A stretch of DNA of 63,352 nt, counting the filler. It is 4 parts of 4 records of this genome, joined end to end, with 100 filler letters (N's around TTAATTAATTAA, not from the genome) between each part and the next. Parts side by side here need not be neighbours in the genome. Positions count along the whole stretch, not along the records: positions 1 to 16,182 come from SRR20825006_334; positions 16,283 to 34,212 come from SRR20825006_335; 2 more parts are not named here. The stretch is one strand, 5' to 3'. The notes under the pieces were generated by a model. That model was given only the letters and a program-made list of their open reading frames with translations, ran no database searches and was not told the DNA's origin. The translations under genes and the position numbers were made by a program. Below, piece after piece: positions 10,679 to 24,059 of the stretch. Position 1 is the stretch's first letter. Each line of letters begins with the position of its first letter.

Positions 10679-11701
10679 ATGGCTGTCCACGACATACTCT
10701 CACAAGATGAAGTCGATGCTCTGCTGAACGGCATGGGCGACGGCGAACTCGAAACCGGATCGAATATCGATCCGGATACCGGCATGCCGCGTCCCTACGA
10801 TTTCGGTAACGAAGAAAGAATCATTCGTGGCCGGATGCCGACGCTGGAAATGATAAACGAACGTTTCGGCCGGTATCTGCGGATTAGCCTGTTTAACATG
10901 CTGCGACGCTCGGCGGAAATCTCGGTGGGCGGCGTTCAGGTGATGAAATTTTCTGAATACGTTCATACGCTGTTTGTGCCGACCAGTCTCAACCTGATCC
11001 ACCTGCACCCGCTGCGCGGCACCGGCCTGATTGTGCTGGAACCCAAGCTGGTGTTCACCATTCTCGACAATTATTTTGGTGGTGAAGGCCGTTTCCAGGC
11101 ACGTATCGAGGGACGTGAATTCACAGCGACCGAACTGCGCGTCATTAACATGGTGCTGAACTTGTGCTTCCGTGATTTAACCGAAGCCTGGTCACCGGTG
11201 ATGGAGGTCGACTTCGAATTTGTCAGCCATGAAGTGAATCCGCAATTTGCGAATATTGTCAGCCCCAGTGAGGTCGTCGTAATTTCGACTTTCCACGTCG
11301 AACTGGATGGCGGCGGCGGTGATGTCCACGTGACCTTCCCCTATTCGATGCTGGAACCGATTCGCGAACTGCTGGATACCGGTCTGCAGAGTGACCGCTC
11401 AATGGACGACGGCCGCTGGGCCAAAGCAATGCGTGAAGAAATCAAGATTGCCGAGGTGGAGCTCTGGGCCAACCTCGCACAGAGTACGCTGAGCCTGGAA
11501 CAAATCATCAAGCTCAAGGCCGGCGATATCATACCGATTGATATGCCAAAACATGTTGTCACCATGGTGGAGGATGTGCCGATGTTCCGTGCCAGCTATG
11601 GTGAACACGAGGACAAAGCGGCTCTGAAAATTCAGGAAATTATCGAACACCCGAAAGATCAGACACCGAGCTACCAGCTGAACAAAGGTAAGAAAAAATG
11701 A
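10679..11701 (+). CDS. fliM: flagellar motor switch protein FliM
   Basis: CheY-binding ILSQDEVDALL, RGRMPTLEMINERF and EVNPQFANIVSP. Confidence 0.96.
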   Translation: MAVHDILSQDEVDALLNGMGDGELETGSNIDPDTGMPRPYDFGNEERIIRGRMPTLEMINERFGRYLRISLFNMLRRSAEISVGGVQVMKFSEYVHTLFVPTSLNLIHLHPLRGTGLIVLEPKLVFTILDNYFGGEGRFQARIEGREFTATELRVINMVLNLCFRDLTEAWSPVMEVDFEFVSHEVNPQFANIVSPSEVVVISTFHVELDGGGGDVHVTFPYSMLEPIRELLDTGLQSDRSMDDGRWAKAMREEIKIAEVELWANLAQSTLSLEQIIKLKAGDIIPIDMPKHVVTMVEDVPMFRASYGEHEDKAALKIQEIIEHPKDQTPSYQLNKGKKK

Positions 11702-12165
11702 GTGAAGATACTAAACAAGATGATCAGGCTCTGGCCGACGAATGGGCCGCAGCGCTGGAAGAACAGAGCGACGAAGCCGGCGGCGGTGACGATAATGATC
11801 CCTGGGCAGAGGCACTGCAGGAACAGGCCGATAGCGAAGCCCAGCAGCAACAGGCCAACCCGGCCCCGGTCGCTCAGCTGGATGACGAGGCCAAGCCACG
11901 AAAAGATGTCGATCTCGACATGGTCATGGACATTCCCGTCACCATCTCAATGGAAATCGGCCGCACCCGCATCAGTATTCGTAATCTGCTGCAACTGAGT
12001 CAGGGTTCGGTGGTGGAATTGGATCGTCTGGCCGGTGAACCGATGGATGTATTAGTGAATGACACCCTGATCGCGCACGGCGAGGTCGTGGTGGTTAATG
12101 ACAAATTCGGTATTCGCCTGACTGATGTGATCAGTGCGGCGGAACGCATTAAAAAGCTACGCTGA
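11698..12165 (+). CDS. fliN: flagellar motor switch protein FliN
   Basis: DIPVTISMEIG...GSVVELDRLAGEP...GEVVVVNDKFGIR; ATGA overlap with fliM. Confidence 0.96.
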   Translation: MSEDTKQDDQALADEWAAALEEQSDEAGGGDDNDPWAEALQEQADSEAQQQQANPAPVAQLDDEAKPRKDVDLDMVMDIPVTISMEIGRTRISIRNLLQLSQGSVVELDRLAGEPMDVLVNDTLIAHGEVVVVNDKFGIRLTDVISAAERIKKLR

Positions 12166-12167
12166 TA

Positions 12168-12593
12168 ATGAAAAAATGTCTGCTCAGCAGCAGTGTCTGG
12201 CTGCTCTCATTCCCGCTCTATGCCGCCGAAAAGCAGGAAGGCGCAAGGACTTTAAGCGAATCACCGTTATCAGCGATGAGCCTGTTGCAGACGGTGATGG
12301 GCCTGGTGCTGGTGCTGGGCTGTATCGTACTCGTTGCCTGGCTGCTTAAACGCACGACCAGTTTTCATACTGCCGCCAACGGTAAAATGAGAGTCATCGC
12401 CGGGCTGCCGCTGGGTACCCGCGAACGGGCGGTGCTGGTTCAAATCGGTGACGAACAGCTGCTACTCGGCGTAACCCCGCAACAGGTCAACCTGCTGCAT
12501 AAACTGGAAAAACCCTTAGCTGCTGACAGCAGAGAGCGTCCGGATTTTGCCGGTAAATTACGTCAGATCATGCAACAGCGGGGAGAACGCTGA
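12168..12593 (+). CDS. fliO: flagellar biosynthesis protein FliO
   Basis: TM segment followed by [24 protein letters not shown]; lies between fliN and fliP. Confidence 0.9.
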   Translation: MKKCLLSSSVWLLSFPLYAAEKQEGARTLSESPLSAMSLLQTVMGLVLVLGCIVLVAWLLKRTTSFHTAANGKMRVIAGLPLGTRERAVLVQIGDEQLLLGVTPQQVNLLHKLEKPLAADSRERPDFAGKLRQIMQQRGER

Positions 12594-13327
12594 TGCGTCT
12601 GCTGGTCTTACTGACACTGCTTTTGTCTCCTATGTTGGCGCTGGGTGCCGAACAGGGCATACCGGCTTTAACCGTGACCGATACAGAAGGTGGCGAGAGC
12701 TACAGTCTGACCCTGCAAATCCTGGCACTGATGACGGTGCTGACCTTACTGCCGGCAGGGTTAATGATGATGACCTCATTCACCCGCATCATCATCGTGC
12801 TGGCCATTCTGCGCCAGGCAATGGGGGTACAGTCGACCCCCTCGAATCAGATTTTGATTGGTCTCGCCTTATTCCTGACCATTTTTATCATGCATCCGAT
12901 TTTCGGCCAGGCTTATGACGAAGCCGTGATCCCATACATGGACGGTGAAATTGAGTTCAGTACTGCTTTTGAACGTGGCGGTGCCCCATTCAAGGAATTC
13001 ATGCTGGCCCAGACCCGTGAAACGGATATTGAACTGTTTGCGTCTATCGGCGGCTATGAAGAAATGCAGACACCGGAGGATATTCCTTATAGCCTGCTGC
13101 TGCCCTCCTTCGTCACCAGTGAGCTGAAAACTGCATTTCAGATCGGCTTTCTGATCTTTATTCCTTTTCTCATCATTGACCTGGTGGTTGCCAGTGTATT
13201 GATGGCAATGGGTATGATGATGTTGTCACCAATGCTGATCTCGCTGCCGTTCAAACTGATGCTGTTTGTGTTAATAGACGGCTGGGCGCTGCTGATGGGC
13301 ACCCTGGCGTCAAGTTTCTATATTTAA
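12593..13327 (+). CDS. fliP: flagellar export protein FliP
   Basis: [33 protein letters not shown] and [14 protein letters not shown]. Confidence 0.97.
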   Translation: MRLLVLLTLLLSPMLALGAEQGIPALTVTDTEGGESYSLTLQILALMTVLTLLPAGLMMMTSFTRIIIVLAILRQAMGVQSTPSNQILIGLALFLTIFIMHPIFGQAYDEAVIPYMDGEIEFSTAFERGGAPFKEFMLAQTRETDIELFASIGGYEEMQTPEDIPYSLLLPSFVTSELKTAFQIGFLIFIPFLIIDLVVASVLMAMGMMMLSPMLISLPFKLMLFVLIDGWALLMGTLASSFYI

Positions 13328-13332
13328 ATGCT

Positions 13333-13602
13333 ATGACTCCGGAAACTGTACTCACCGTCATGCAACAAACTCTGCAGCTAATCAGTGTGCTGATTGCATC
13401 GATTTTGCTGCCCGCCCTGTTCGTCGGCCTGCTGGTGAGTATGTTCCAGGCTGCGACATCAATTAACGAACAGACGCTGACCTTCATTCCCAAGCTTTTT
13501 ATCACTTTGCTGGTATTGATGACAGCAGGTCCCTGGATGCTGAGCATGCTGATAAGCTTTACAAAGCGACTGTTTGAAGATATTCCGTTTCTGATCGGCT
13601 AG
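13333..13602 (+). CDS. fliQ: flagellar export protein FliQ
   Basis: GLLVSMFQAATSINEQTLTFIPK; 89 aa. Confidence 0.96.
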   Translation: MTPETVLTVMQQTLQLISVLIASILLPALFVGLLVSMFQAATSINEQTLTFIPKLFITLLVLMTAGPWMLSMLISFTKRLFEDIPFLIG

Positions 13603-13612
13603 GCAGACGCAG

Positions 13613-14395
13613 ATGGAATTCAGCATTGCTGAAATCACTGGCGCACTGGGCAGTTACCTGTGGCCTTTTTTTCGTATCACCGCCATGGTGATGGTGGCAC
13701 CGATTTTCAGCAGTAATTTTGTTAGTGCCCGTGCCCGCCTACTGTTAGCTCTGGCGGTAAGCATGGTCATTATTCCTGGGATTTCCACCGAAATGCCTCA
13801 GGTTGATCCCCTGAGTGCCACTGGCCTGTTGATCATCGCTCAGCAAATTCTGATTGGTGCCTGTATGGGCTTTATTCTTCAGCTGCTGTTCAATGCTTTC
13901 ATTGTGGCCGGTCAGATCATTGCGATGCAGATGGGGCTGGGTTTTGCCTTGATGGTTGATCCCCAGAATGGCGTCATGGTGCCGGTTATCAGTCAGCTCT
14001 ACCTGATTCTTATCACACTCTTATTCATTACGATTGATGGCCACCTGGTACTGATACAGGTGATGAACGAGAGTTTCAGCACCATGCCTGTGGGTGCCGA
14101 GGGGCTAACTGCGACAGATTTCCGAGATGTCGCCGGTCAGGCCAGCTGGATGTATGCCGCTGGTGTCATTATTGCATTACCGGCGATAGGTTCACTGATG
14201 ATGGTCAACCTGACTTTCGGGATCCTGTCACGGGCTGCCCCGCAAATCAGCCCTTTCTCCATCGGTTTTCCGATGACGATCATTCTGGGTTTTGTGATCA
14301 TCATGGTGACCTTACCGCTCGTCGGTGAACATTTAGTAGATATGAGTGACACCATGCTGCAAACAGCACGTTTGCTGGTAGAACAAGATGGCTGA
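13613..14395 (+). CDS. fliR: flagellar export protein FliR
   Basis: Polytopic membrane protein with AGQIIAMQMGLGFA and SRAAPQISPFSIGFP. Confidence 0.95.
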   Translation: MEFSIAEITGALGSYLWPFFRITAMVMVAPIFSSNFVSARARLLLALAVSMVIIPGISTEMPQVDPLSATGLLIIAQQILIGACMGFILQLLFNAFIVAGQIIAMQMGLGFALMVDPQNGVMVPVISQLYLILITLLFITIDGHLVLIQVMNESFSTMPVGAEGLTATDFRDVAGQASWMYAAGVIIALPAIGSLMMVNLTFGILSRAAPQISPFSIGFPMTIILGFVIIMVTLPLVGEHLVDMSDTMLQTARLLVEQDG

Positions 14396-15524
14396 AGAAA
14401 CAGGACAAGATAAAACAGAAGAGCCCACGGCGAGGCGCCTTGAACAGGCGCGTGAAAAAGGCCAGGTTCCACGTTCCACTGAACTGACAACGGTACTGGT
14501 GCTCATCCTCAGTGCCGTGACCCTGTTTTTTGTCGGTGAGAATATCGTCGCCGATCTGGGTGAGGTGATGGCGCTGTCTTTCAGTCTGACCCGCAAGCAA
14601 CTATTCGATACCGATGCCATGCTCAACACCTTTATTCAGTGCATCGAAATTATGGCTTTTGATGTCGGTATTTTTCTGGCGGTCACGCTGATTGCCGCTC
14701 TCTCTGCGCCAGCACTGATTGGCGGCTGGAACTTCTCTGGCCAGGCCATGGTGCCCAAGGGCGAACGCATGAGTCCACTGAAAGGGGTGAAACGGATTTT
14801 CGGTCCACAGGGACTGGTGGAGCTCGCCAAAGCTTTGGGTAAATTTATCCTGATTGGTGCCATTTCTACGGCGATTTTGTGGAGTATTCGTGACCAATTA
14901 TTGACACTGGGGCGACAGGAAGCCGAAGTCGCCATGGCCGATCTCGGATACCTGACGCTCACCGTGTTCCTGGCGATTACCTCCAGCCTGATTCTGATTG
15001 CATTGATTGATGTACCGTTTCAGCTGTGGAATCACAGCCGTCAGCTAAGGATGACCAAACAGGAAGTCAAAGACGAAATGAAAGACTCCGAGGGTAATCC
15101 AGAGGTTAAGGGTCGTATCCGCCGGCTACAGGTACAAATGTCACAACAGAGAATGATGCAGGATATCCCGTCTGCAGATGTTGTTATCACCAACCCCACC
15201 CATTATGCCGTCGCCCTCAAATATGATCAGACTAAAACCGGTGCGCCGCTCGTCGTCGCCAAGGGGGCCGACCTGATTTCCCAGCAAATCCGAATGGTTG
15301 CTGAACATAACGAAGTGCCGATTCTGTCTGCGCCACCACTGACCCGGGCGGTCTATTACTCAACCGAAATCGGCGATGAAATTCCATCTGGTCTGTATAT
15401 TGCAGTAGCCCAGGTATTGGCGTTTGTCTTCCAGTTGCGTCGCTACCGGAAACAAGGTGGCAACAAACCGCATCTGAATACAGAAGACCTGCCGATACCT
15501 GATGATTTAAGACGTGATGCCTGA
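14388..15524 (+). CDS. flhB: flagellar export protein FlhB
   Basis: KTEEPT...AREKGQVPRS, EGNPEVK and the autocleavage motif TNPTH. Confidence 0.97.
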   Translation: MAEETGQDKTEEPTARRLEQAREKGQVPRSTELTTVLVLILSAVTLFFVGENIVADLGEVMALSFSLTRKQLFDTDAMLNTFIQCIEIMAFDVGIFLAVTLIAALSAPALIGGWNFSGQAMVPKGERMSPLKGVKRIFGPQGLVELAKALGKFILIGAISTAILWSIRDQLLTLGRQEAEVAMADLGYLTLTVFLAITSSLILIALIDVPFQLWNHSRQLRMTKQEVKDEMKDSEGNPEVKGRIRRLQVQMSQQRMMQDIPSADVVITNPTHYAVALKYDQTKTGAPLVVAKGADLISQQIRMVAEHNEVPILSAPPLTRAVYYSTEIGDEIPSGLYIAVAQVLAFVFQLRRYRKQGGNKPHLNTEDLPIPDDLRRDA

Positions 15525-15588
15525 CTAAAATGACGCCGGTCACCGCCGGCGCCAGCGCATCCCGACACACTGCACTAAAGGAAATTGG

Positions 15589-16182
15589 ATGGAAAACAAC
15601 GTACTGGCTGCCCGTTTTCGCTCTGTAGTAAACGGACATTTAGCTACGCCGATGCTTCTGGTGGCTCTCCTGGCCATGGTAATCCTGCCGCTGCCGGCTT
15701 TCATGCTGGATATGCTGTTTACCTTCAATATCGCCCTGTCGCTGGTGATTGTGCTGGCCAGTATTTACATGCTCAAGCCGCTGCACTTCGCAGCCTTCCC
15801 CAGTATTCTGCTGATTGCGACCCTGCTCAGGCTGGCCCTGAACGTCGCTTCAACACGCATCATCCTGCTTGAGGGGCATACCGGCACTGCGGCCGCCGGT
15901 AATGTGATTGAGGCCTTCGGCGAGTTTGTTATCGGTGGTAATTATGCCGTCGGCTTCGTCGTGTTCGCCATCCTTGTGATCATCAACTTTGTGGTGGTTA
16001 CCAAAGGTGCCACCCGTATCGCCGAAGTCAGTGCCCGCTTCACCCTGGACTCCATGCCCGGTAAACAGATGGCGATTGATGCCGATTTGAATGCGGGTTT
16101 GATTGATCAGGATGAAGCCCGCCGCCGGCGTGAGGAAATCATGCAGGAGTCGGACTTCTACGGCTCCATGGACGGTGCCAGT
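15589..16182 (+). CDS. flhA: flagellar export protein FlhA, 3'-truncated at the contig end
   Basis: [36 protein letters not shown] and [10 protein letters not shown]; runs into the N spacer. Confidence 0.95.
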
Positions 16183-16282
16183 NNNNNNNNNNNNNNNNNN
16201 NNNNNNNNNNNNNNNNNNNNNNNNNNTTAATTAATTAANNNNNNNNNNNNNNNNNNNNNNNNNNNNNNNNNNNNNNNNNNNN
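16183..16282. other. artificial contig spacer
   Basis: N44-TTAATTAATTAA-N44, with stop codons in all six frames. Confidence 0.98.
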
Positions 16283-18357
<2,075 letters not shown>

Positions 18358-18680
18358 CCGAAATCCCGAACTCAAAACGCATACCTAAGCCACACTTTCT
18401 TGCGAAAGCGAACAAAGGCACAACATCTTGGTTTCAAGCTTCAGTGCTATCTAGTTAACGATATCACACAGTGGCTCAGAGCTTCTCACCGAGAAACAAC
18501 TGAACCGCTCAAGAATCCAATCAGAATCAAATCACCGCAATCAGTTTCTTTCGAAACCCTCTTGCAGCGACGCTTCCGAAGAACTTATTACCCTACTGAC
18601 AAATGCTCCTGAACCCCGGAAAAAGGCTCACTCACATCCGTCGCATGGTGCTCTTTTCAGATGCCAACTACCAAACAACC

Positions 18681-18697
18681 AAATTTTCAAAAATCAA
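18681..18697 (-). promoter_or_regulatory. boxA-like rRNA antitermination element
   Basis: The minus strand reads TTGATTTTTGAAAATTT, between the putative promoters and the 23S 5' end. Confidence 0.45.
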
Positions 18698-18806
18698 GTT
18701 CCCGGATGCTCGCTAGACGAGGACCCGAGAGACGCTGCCAAAAACAGCCGATCAATCTCTTGCGTTCAGAGCTAGAGATCAGTCGGTCGCTTTTGAGCGA
18801 GCGAGG

Positions 18807-18835
18807 AAGTTAGCGATGAGCCAACTTCGAGTCAA
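18807..18835 (-). promoter_or_regulatory. sigma70-type promoter for 23S (P2-like)
   Basis: Minus strand TTGACT-17 nt-TAACTT. Confidence 0.6.
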
Positions 18836-18959
18836 GTGGAAGAAGCGGTGAAATTTGAAATAAGTTTCAGAGCTGACTTCGACTTGTTTGCCGCGTTGCA
18901 GAACGCTGCTCGGCTCTTTTGAAGAGCCTCGCAGAGCCTTGCTCAGCGGCGGGACAGGA

Positions 18960-18987
18960 AAGATAGCGAGCCGGCGATTCTGGTCAA
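18960..18987 (-). promoter_or_regulatory. sigma70-type promoter for 23S (P1-like)
   Basis: Minus strand TTGACC-16 nt-TATCTT; 16-nt spacers are typical of rrn promoters. Confidence 0.6.
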
Positions 18988-19174
18988 CCTCAATCAGTCG
19001 CAATTCTGAAGAAAGTTTTGATTCTTCGTGAAGTGTTTCTGAGTGAAGTGTTTCAGAAGCAAACCGGGACTTCTCATCCCTGCTTGTTTCCAGTCACCCG
19101 CAGTGAAGCGGGTGTCCTTCAACTTTCGGTTCTCAGCACGTCCTGACTTGAGCCAGATTGTGAATTGAACCAAG

Positions 19175-19247
<73 letters not shown>

Positions 19248-19324
19248 GTGATTTTGAGTTTCGAGGAGGAAGGGTGACGTTCCGTTGAAAACGGGAACAT
19301 TGCCCTACCACCTCGGCACTCGAG

Positions 19325-19398
19325 TGGGCGTGCCAGAACTCGAATCTGGGACCTCGTCGTTATCAGCGACGCGCTCTAACCAACTGAGCTACACGCCC
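19325..19398 (-). tRNA. tRNA-Ile(GAT)
   Basis: GGGCGTGTAGCTCAGTTGGTTAGAGCGCGTCGCTGATAACGACGAGGTCCCAGATTCGAGTTCTGGCACGCCCA forms a cloverleaf. Confidence 0.96.
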
Positions 19399-19452
19399 GT
19401 CAGGACCACAGGACCTGATGGTTTCTGCCTCGCTTTCGTGAGGCGGGTCGGA

Positions 19453-19480
19453 AGTTTAGGAAGTTTTGGTTTGTTGTCAA
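19453..19480 (-). promoter_or_regulatory. sigma70 promoter for the tRNA-Ile/tRNA-Ala unit
   Basis: Minus strand TTGACA-16 nt-TAAACT, about 55 nt upstream of tRNA-Ile. Confidence 0.75.
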
Positions 19481-19676
19481 ACGCACTTTGGCGATGTTTT
19501 TGACCAATTCCTCTGATTCCGTGAGCGTTTTTTTCGTCTTCATGGCCGGGAAGTCTTGAATCAACGTTCCCTCGAACCCCTGAATTCCGGCAAAATGTCG
19601 CTCCGACGTCCGCCTTGTTCGGATCGTTCGTTCCATTTCGATGTGTAAGTCAATCAGAAGGATTTGTTTAGCTGCC

Positions 19677-21617
19677 ATGAGTAAACACAACCGTTTTCCC
19701 GCGTCCTGGTCGGTCCGAGGCTTTGTCCTCGGGGGCGGTTCGCTCGTTCTTTCCACCATGTTGGCGACAACTTCGTCCGCAGCTCCCCCATCGGCCGCCG
19801 CCGCATTGGGGCTGAAACCGGTGCAAGATGGCGTGGAATATGAACAAGTCGAACCGGGCGACGTCGAAAAATGCGAAGTTCGCGATATCGAACGCGATGA
19901 TTGGTCGGGCTGGGAAGTTTCCGGTGCCGATGGGACTTTGCTTCGCCGATTCGCCGACACCAACGGCGATAAAAAGGTCGACCTATGGTGCTATTTCCAA
20001 TACGGCGTCGAGGTCTATCGCGATGTGGACGCGAATTTCAACGGAAAAGCAGACCAGTACCGATGGATGGGAACCGGTGGGACACGCTGGGGCATCGATG
20101 AAAACGAAGATGGACAAATTGATAGCTGGAAGATGATTTCAGCCGAAGAAACCACTCGCGAATTGGTCCAGTCGCTGGCAAATGCTGACGGAAATCGTTT
20201 TGTCACACTGCTGGCATCTCCCAAAGAACTCCAGTCCGCTGGATTGACCGGCGATCGTCTCGAGAGCCTGATTAAGAAGGCTTCCCGAGCGGCATCGAAC
20301 TTCAAAAAGTTCGCTGCAACCCAAAAAGCAATCGGTCCGAAATCGCAATGGATCCAGTTCGCCGCCGCGACTCCCGGAATCGTTCCGGCAGATGACATCG
20401 GCGTTAAAAAAGACGTGATGGCTTACGAGAATGCCGTCGCAATGTACGAAACCAGCGGACAATCAGGACAAATGTTGGTCGGAACCGTGATCCGAATCAA
20501 CGATGCGTGGAAACTGGTCGACCTGCCCGTGCTGGCTGAAACCGGCGAGCCAATCGCTCAGTCCAACGGCAATTTCTTCACTCCGGGAGGCTCCTTCACC
20601 GCCGGTGCGGGTGTCTCATCCGCCGGAAATTCGAAGACACAAGAACTGGTCGGTGCTCTCGAAGCAGTCGACTCGCAAATGGTCGGCGAAGGAGATCCAA
20701 AAGCACTCGCAAAACTCAATGAACGCCGCGCCGATATCGTCGAAAAGCTGATCGCCGCCGCGGAAACTCACGCCGAACGCGATACCTGGACCCGACAATT
20801 GGTCGACACCGTCAGCGTTGCGACCCAGAGCGGAACCTATCCGGGAGGCCTGAAACGACTGAAGGATTTGGCCGCGTCGATGCAAAGCTCAAAGGGCGGT
20901 GCGTCGGAAGCCATGCGTGCTTACACCGAATATCAGTTGATCGGGACCGAGTACATCGCTCGCCAAACCGAAGACGCTGACTTCGCCGAAAACCAAGTTT
21001 GGTGGCTGGAACAACTCACCGAATTCGCTGATCGCTACCCACAAGCCCCGGAAACCGCCGCCGCCAAATTGCAGCTGGCACTCAGCAAGGAATTCGAGGA
21101 CAAGGAAACCGAAGCACTTCGATTCTACAAAGAGGTTGCCAAAGACTTCCGAGGCACCGAAGCGGCCGAACGTGCCGCGGGCGCCGTCCGCCGACTGGAA
21201 TCCGAGGGCAAAGAAGTCGATCTCGAAGGCCGGACTGTCCAAGGAAAAGCGTTCCGTTTGAGCGCACTTCGCGGTCGTCCGGTTGTCCTTCACTACTGGG
21301 CGACTTGGTGCGAACCCTGCAAGAACGACATGAAATTGCTGCGTGGCCTGCAAGCCCGCTACCAACGTGCCGGCCTGCAAATCGTCGGCGTCAACATCGA
21401 CAACCAACTCGAACAAGCGTCTGAATTCCTGAAGACGAACGCTCTCCCTTGGGTGCACTTGCACGAGGACGGTGGGCTGGAAGGCAGCCCATTGGCCAAA
21501 CAATTTGGCGTTCAAACGCTGCCAACCACGATGCTGATCGACTCCAAAGGACGTGTGGTCGACCACAACATCGGTGCTGCCGAACTGGACGACGCGATTG
21601 AGAAATTGCTGAAGTAG
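19677..21617 (+). CDS. exported protein with Dx[DN]xDG-like repeats, a helical region and a C-terminal TlpA/redoxin domain (start uncertain: 19641, 19677 or 19758)
   Basis: HYWATWCEPC and GVQTLPT thioredoxin-fold motifs; DTNGDKKVD, DANFNGKAD and DENEDGQID; signal-like N-terminus. Confidence 0.8.
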   Translation: MSKHNRFPASWSVRGFVLGGGSLVLSTMLATTSSAAPPSAAAALGLKPVQDGVEYEQVEPGDVEKCEVRDIERDDWSGWEVSGADGTLLRRFADTNGDKKVDLWCYFQYGVEVYRDVDANFNGKADQYRWMGTGGTRWGIDENEDGQIDSWKMISAEETTRELVQSLANADGNRFVTLLASPKELQSAGLTGDRLESLIKKASRAASNFKKFAATQKAIGPKSQWIQFAAATPGIVPADDIGVKKDVMAYENAVAMYETSGQSGQMLVGTVIRINDAWKLVDLPVLAETGEPIAQSNGNFFTPGGSFTAGAGVSSAGNSKTQELVGALEAVDSQMVGEGDPKALAKLNERRADIVEKLIAAAETHAERDTWTRQLVDTVSVATQSGTYPGGLKRLKDLAASMQSSKGGASEAMRAYTEYQLIGTEYIARQTEDADFAENQVWWLEQLTEFADRYPQAPETAAAKLQLALSKEFEDKETEALRFYKEVAKDFRGTEAAERAAGAVRRLESEGKEVDLEGRTVQGKAFRLSALRGRPVVLHYWATWCEPCKNDMKLLRGLQARYQRAGLQIVGVNIDNQLEQASEFLKTNALPWVHLHEDGGLEGSPLAKQFGVQTLPTTMLIDSKGRVVDHNIGAAELDDAIEKLLK

Positions 21618-21644
21618 ACATCAACCGACGCAGTCGAATTCAAT

Positions 21645-21675
21645 CGGTGAGCAACCTGGGTTGCTCACCGTTTTT
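21645..21675 (+). terminator. intrinsic terminator
   Basis: CGGTGAGCAACC-TG-GGTTGCTCACCG followed by TTTTT. Confidence 0.85.
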
Positions 21676-21714
21676 ATTGCGCACTGACTCTCTAAACTTA
21701 ACCGTTTCCACCAC

Positions 21715-22602
21715 TCAAACGTCATCGCCAACGATCAAACCGTCCTCTGAAATGCGATACGGCACGATCGATTCCTCACAGTAACTGCCCCGATGTTTCG
21801 CGACGCAAAGAGCGCGTCCCATCTTGTTCCCGTCGCGTGTTTTCCCCATCAAAATGATGGTGTTGGCATTGGACAACACGTCGCCACTTTGAATCGGCCG
21901 GGCGATCAAATCGTCCAACATCACCTCGTGCGAGGTCGCCAGCAACAAACCGCCGAGCTGTTGATGGTCGTAGGCATGAGCCTCGATGCGCTCCACGTTT
22001 TCGCGGAAATGCACACGAAACAGGTCACGTGCCAGCCAATCGTGCTCCTTGCGAAGGATCTGATTCTGGATGTATTCGATCAGTTCGAACTGAATCGACT
22101 CGGCCGCCCGATCGACCGGTTCCACCCCATCGATCACAACCCGCCGGACACCGTGAGCAAAATTGCCGTAGAAAAACGCGATCGCGCGGTCCAGTTTTTT
22201 AGCTCGCTCGGACGACCAACGACGCCAATCATCCGCGTCCATGTCCGAGGACGTCACCCGCCGACCCGAATCCTGAAACAAATGCATGCTGTCGCGACGA
22301 GTCTTTTCGCGATCCCAAACCTCATTCAGCGTGACCGGTTGATCCGCGGCAGCCTCCGACAACTGCCATTCACCCAAACGTTTGGCGTACTCCGAATGGT
22401 TCTGTGAATCACCACGAGAGGTCAAATCAAACACGACGCCGCGTTCGCCTTCCTGAGTTTGCCCGTGTTTGGCGAATTGAATTCCGAGCTGTGTCTTGCC
22501 GATTCCCGTCGCTCCCAGAACGACGGTCATTGTCCCGGGCAGCAACCCTCCGCCCAGCATCTCGTCCAACGTTGTGATTCCAGTTTGCAATCTCTGACTC
22601 AT
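21715..22602 (-). CDS. single-domain KaiC/RAD55-like RecA-superfamily ATPase
   Basis: [14 protein letters not shown], Walker A GATGIGKT, Walker B VVIDG and C-terminal VAKHRGS. Start moved to the ATG at 22602 (MSQRL). Confidence 0.85.
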   Translation of the reverse strand: MSQRLQTGITTLDEMLGGGLLPGTMTVVLGATGIGKTQLGIQFAKHGQTQEGERGVVFDLTSRGDSQNHSEYAKRLGEWQLSEAAADQPVTLNEVWDREKTRRDSMHLFQDSGRRVTSSDMDADDWRRWSSERAKKLDRAIAFFYGNFAHGVRRVVIDGVEPVDRAAESIQFELIEYIQNQILRKEHDWLARDLFRVHFRENVERIEAHAYDHQQLGGLLLATSHEVMLDDLIARPIQSGDVLSNANTIILMGKTRDGNKMGRALCVAKHRGSYCEESIVPYRISEDGLIVGDDV

Positions 22603-22625
22603 GGTGCGTCCATTCTCGCGGGGTT

Positions 22626-24059
22626 TCACTGATTCAAAAGCAGATGCTCGGCAGCGATTCGTCCGCTGTCCATAGCCCCCTGGATGCTGGGCGTTTGGCA
22701 GTGGTCGCCCGCGATCCACACCCCTGCCCTGCTCTGCCCTGCCCCGCGGTCGTCTGCGGAAGGAGCTTCACCCGATGACGTTTCGGGTAGAGACACATTG
22801 CCGTCTTCCAAGTTCGCCCGCCGCCAATCCTCCCACGCAGGCGACTTCACCACGGTGTTCAGCGACATCTTTGGCAGTGAATAAGGAACTCGAAAAACCC
22901 GCAGCAACCGCCAACGCATCGCCTCATCGCCGAACCAATCCTTCAACTGCGATCGCACTCGACAATCAAGCGCTTCGTCGTCCAAACCATCCGGCGGCTC
23001 CTGATCACCAGCGACACTGACCGACACCAACGCCTTGCCGGGCGGCGCGTACGACGGCGCGACATCGCTCATCACCACCGCACTTTGAATCGGCCCCGAC
23101 TCATCGCCCCGCAACATCAACAATCGATTCGAATCCGGCGATTGTTCCGCCGCATAATACAAATTGGTCGTTCCAAACCACGGCGTCGCCATCGATTCCA
23201 TCCCCAACAACCTGGCCGCCGCCCCCGCGGGAGTCGCGATCACCAGGTGCCGGCACATCACCGCCGTTCCATCGGACAACACCACGCGGTGTCTGACGTG
23301 ACCTGACGGCTCATCACCAAATGCGGACCGCTCCGATTCGGAAAGCGGTTCGACCGACTGCACCGTGGTTTGATACTGAATCGACCCTCGCGGCAATCGC
23401 TCCGCCAGTTGTCTCGGAATCGCCCCCATGCCATCGGCGGGAATCGCAATGTCGCCACCGGCAAACATTCGAAAGACAAATTCCAACATCCGGCTGGACA
23501 CCGAAAGCGATTCGTCCAGGAAGACTCCACCAAGGAACGGTCGAAAAAATTGGTCGATGATTCTTTCGCTGAAGCCATCTGCACGCAAACGTTCGAGCGT
23601 CGGCGATGCTGATCGCTCATACAAATCTTGCAGGGAACCGCGGTTGCTGGCCCGACGCAGATTCGCGATTCGCAACTTGTCGACCAACGAACCAACGGGG
23701 TTCATCGCCGAAGCAATCGCCGCCGTCGGCCGTCGCCAAGGATCTCCCAGCAGCCGGAACTGACCGTTTTGCCTGACCAAAGCCCCGGGTTCAAACCGGC
23801 ACAGCCGCAACGCGTCGTAATCCAAAAACTGCTTGCACGCCGGGTACGCCGTCAACAGAACTTGAAAACCGTGGTCCAGCGTGAAGCCATCGACCACGTC
23901 ACTGCGAACGCGTCCGCCCACGCGATCGGTTGCTTCTAAAATCCGAAACTCGCGACCGGCGTCCGCCAAGACGCGGCCGCATGTCAGCCCCGCCAATCCG
24001 CCACCGATGATCAATGTTTCCGTGAATGGTTGCTCGACGGATGATTCCGAACCACTCAT
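22626..24059 (-). CDS. FAD-dependent oxidoreductase (flavin amine oxidase/protoporphyrinogen oxidase-like)
   Basis: [27 protein letters not shown] and [17 protein letters not shown]. Confidence 0.88.
   Translation of the reverse strand: MSGSESSVEQPFTETLIIGGGLAGLTCGRVLADAGREFRILEATDRVGGRVRSDVVDGFTLDHGFQVLLTAYPACKQFLDYDALRLCRFEPGALVRQNGQFRLLGDPWRRPTAAIASAMNPVGSLVDKLRIANLRRASNRGSLQDLYERSASPTLERLRADGFSERIIDQFFRPFLGGVFLDESLSVSSRMLEFVFRMFAGGDIAIPADGMGAIPRQLAERLPRGSIQYQTTVQSVEPLSESERSAFGDEPSGHVRHRVVLSDGTAVMCRHLVIATPAGAAARLLGMESMATPWFGTTNLYYAAEQSPDSNRLLMLRGDESGPIQSAVVMSDVAPSYAPPGKALVSVSVAGDQEPPDGLDDEALDCRVRSQLKDWFGDEAMRWRLLRVFRVPYSLPKMSLNTVVKSPAWEDWRRANLEDGNVSLPETSSGEAPSADDRGAGQSRAGVWIAGDHCQTPSIQGAMDSGRIAAEHLLLNQ

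Noticed and set aside
15589-16230. ORFs with X runs (also 34051-34260 and 51425-51787)
   Set aside because: They run into the artificial N spacers; only flhA is real, up to 16182.
19400-21566. Antisense ORFs 19400-19963 and 20889-21566
   Set aside because: They shadow the redoxin gene and have no motifs.
21715-22602. Circadian clock gene
   Set aside because: It has one ATPase domain only, and kaiA/kaiB are absent.
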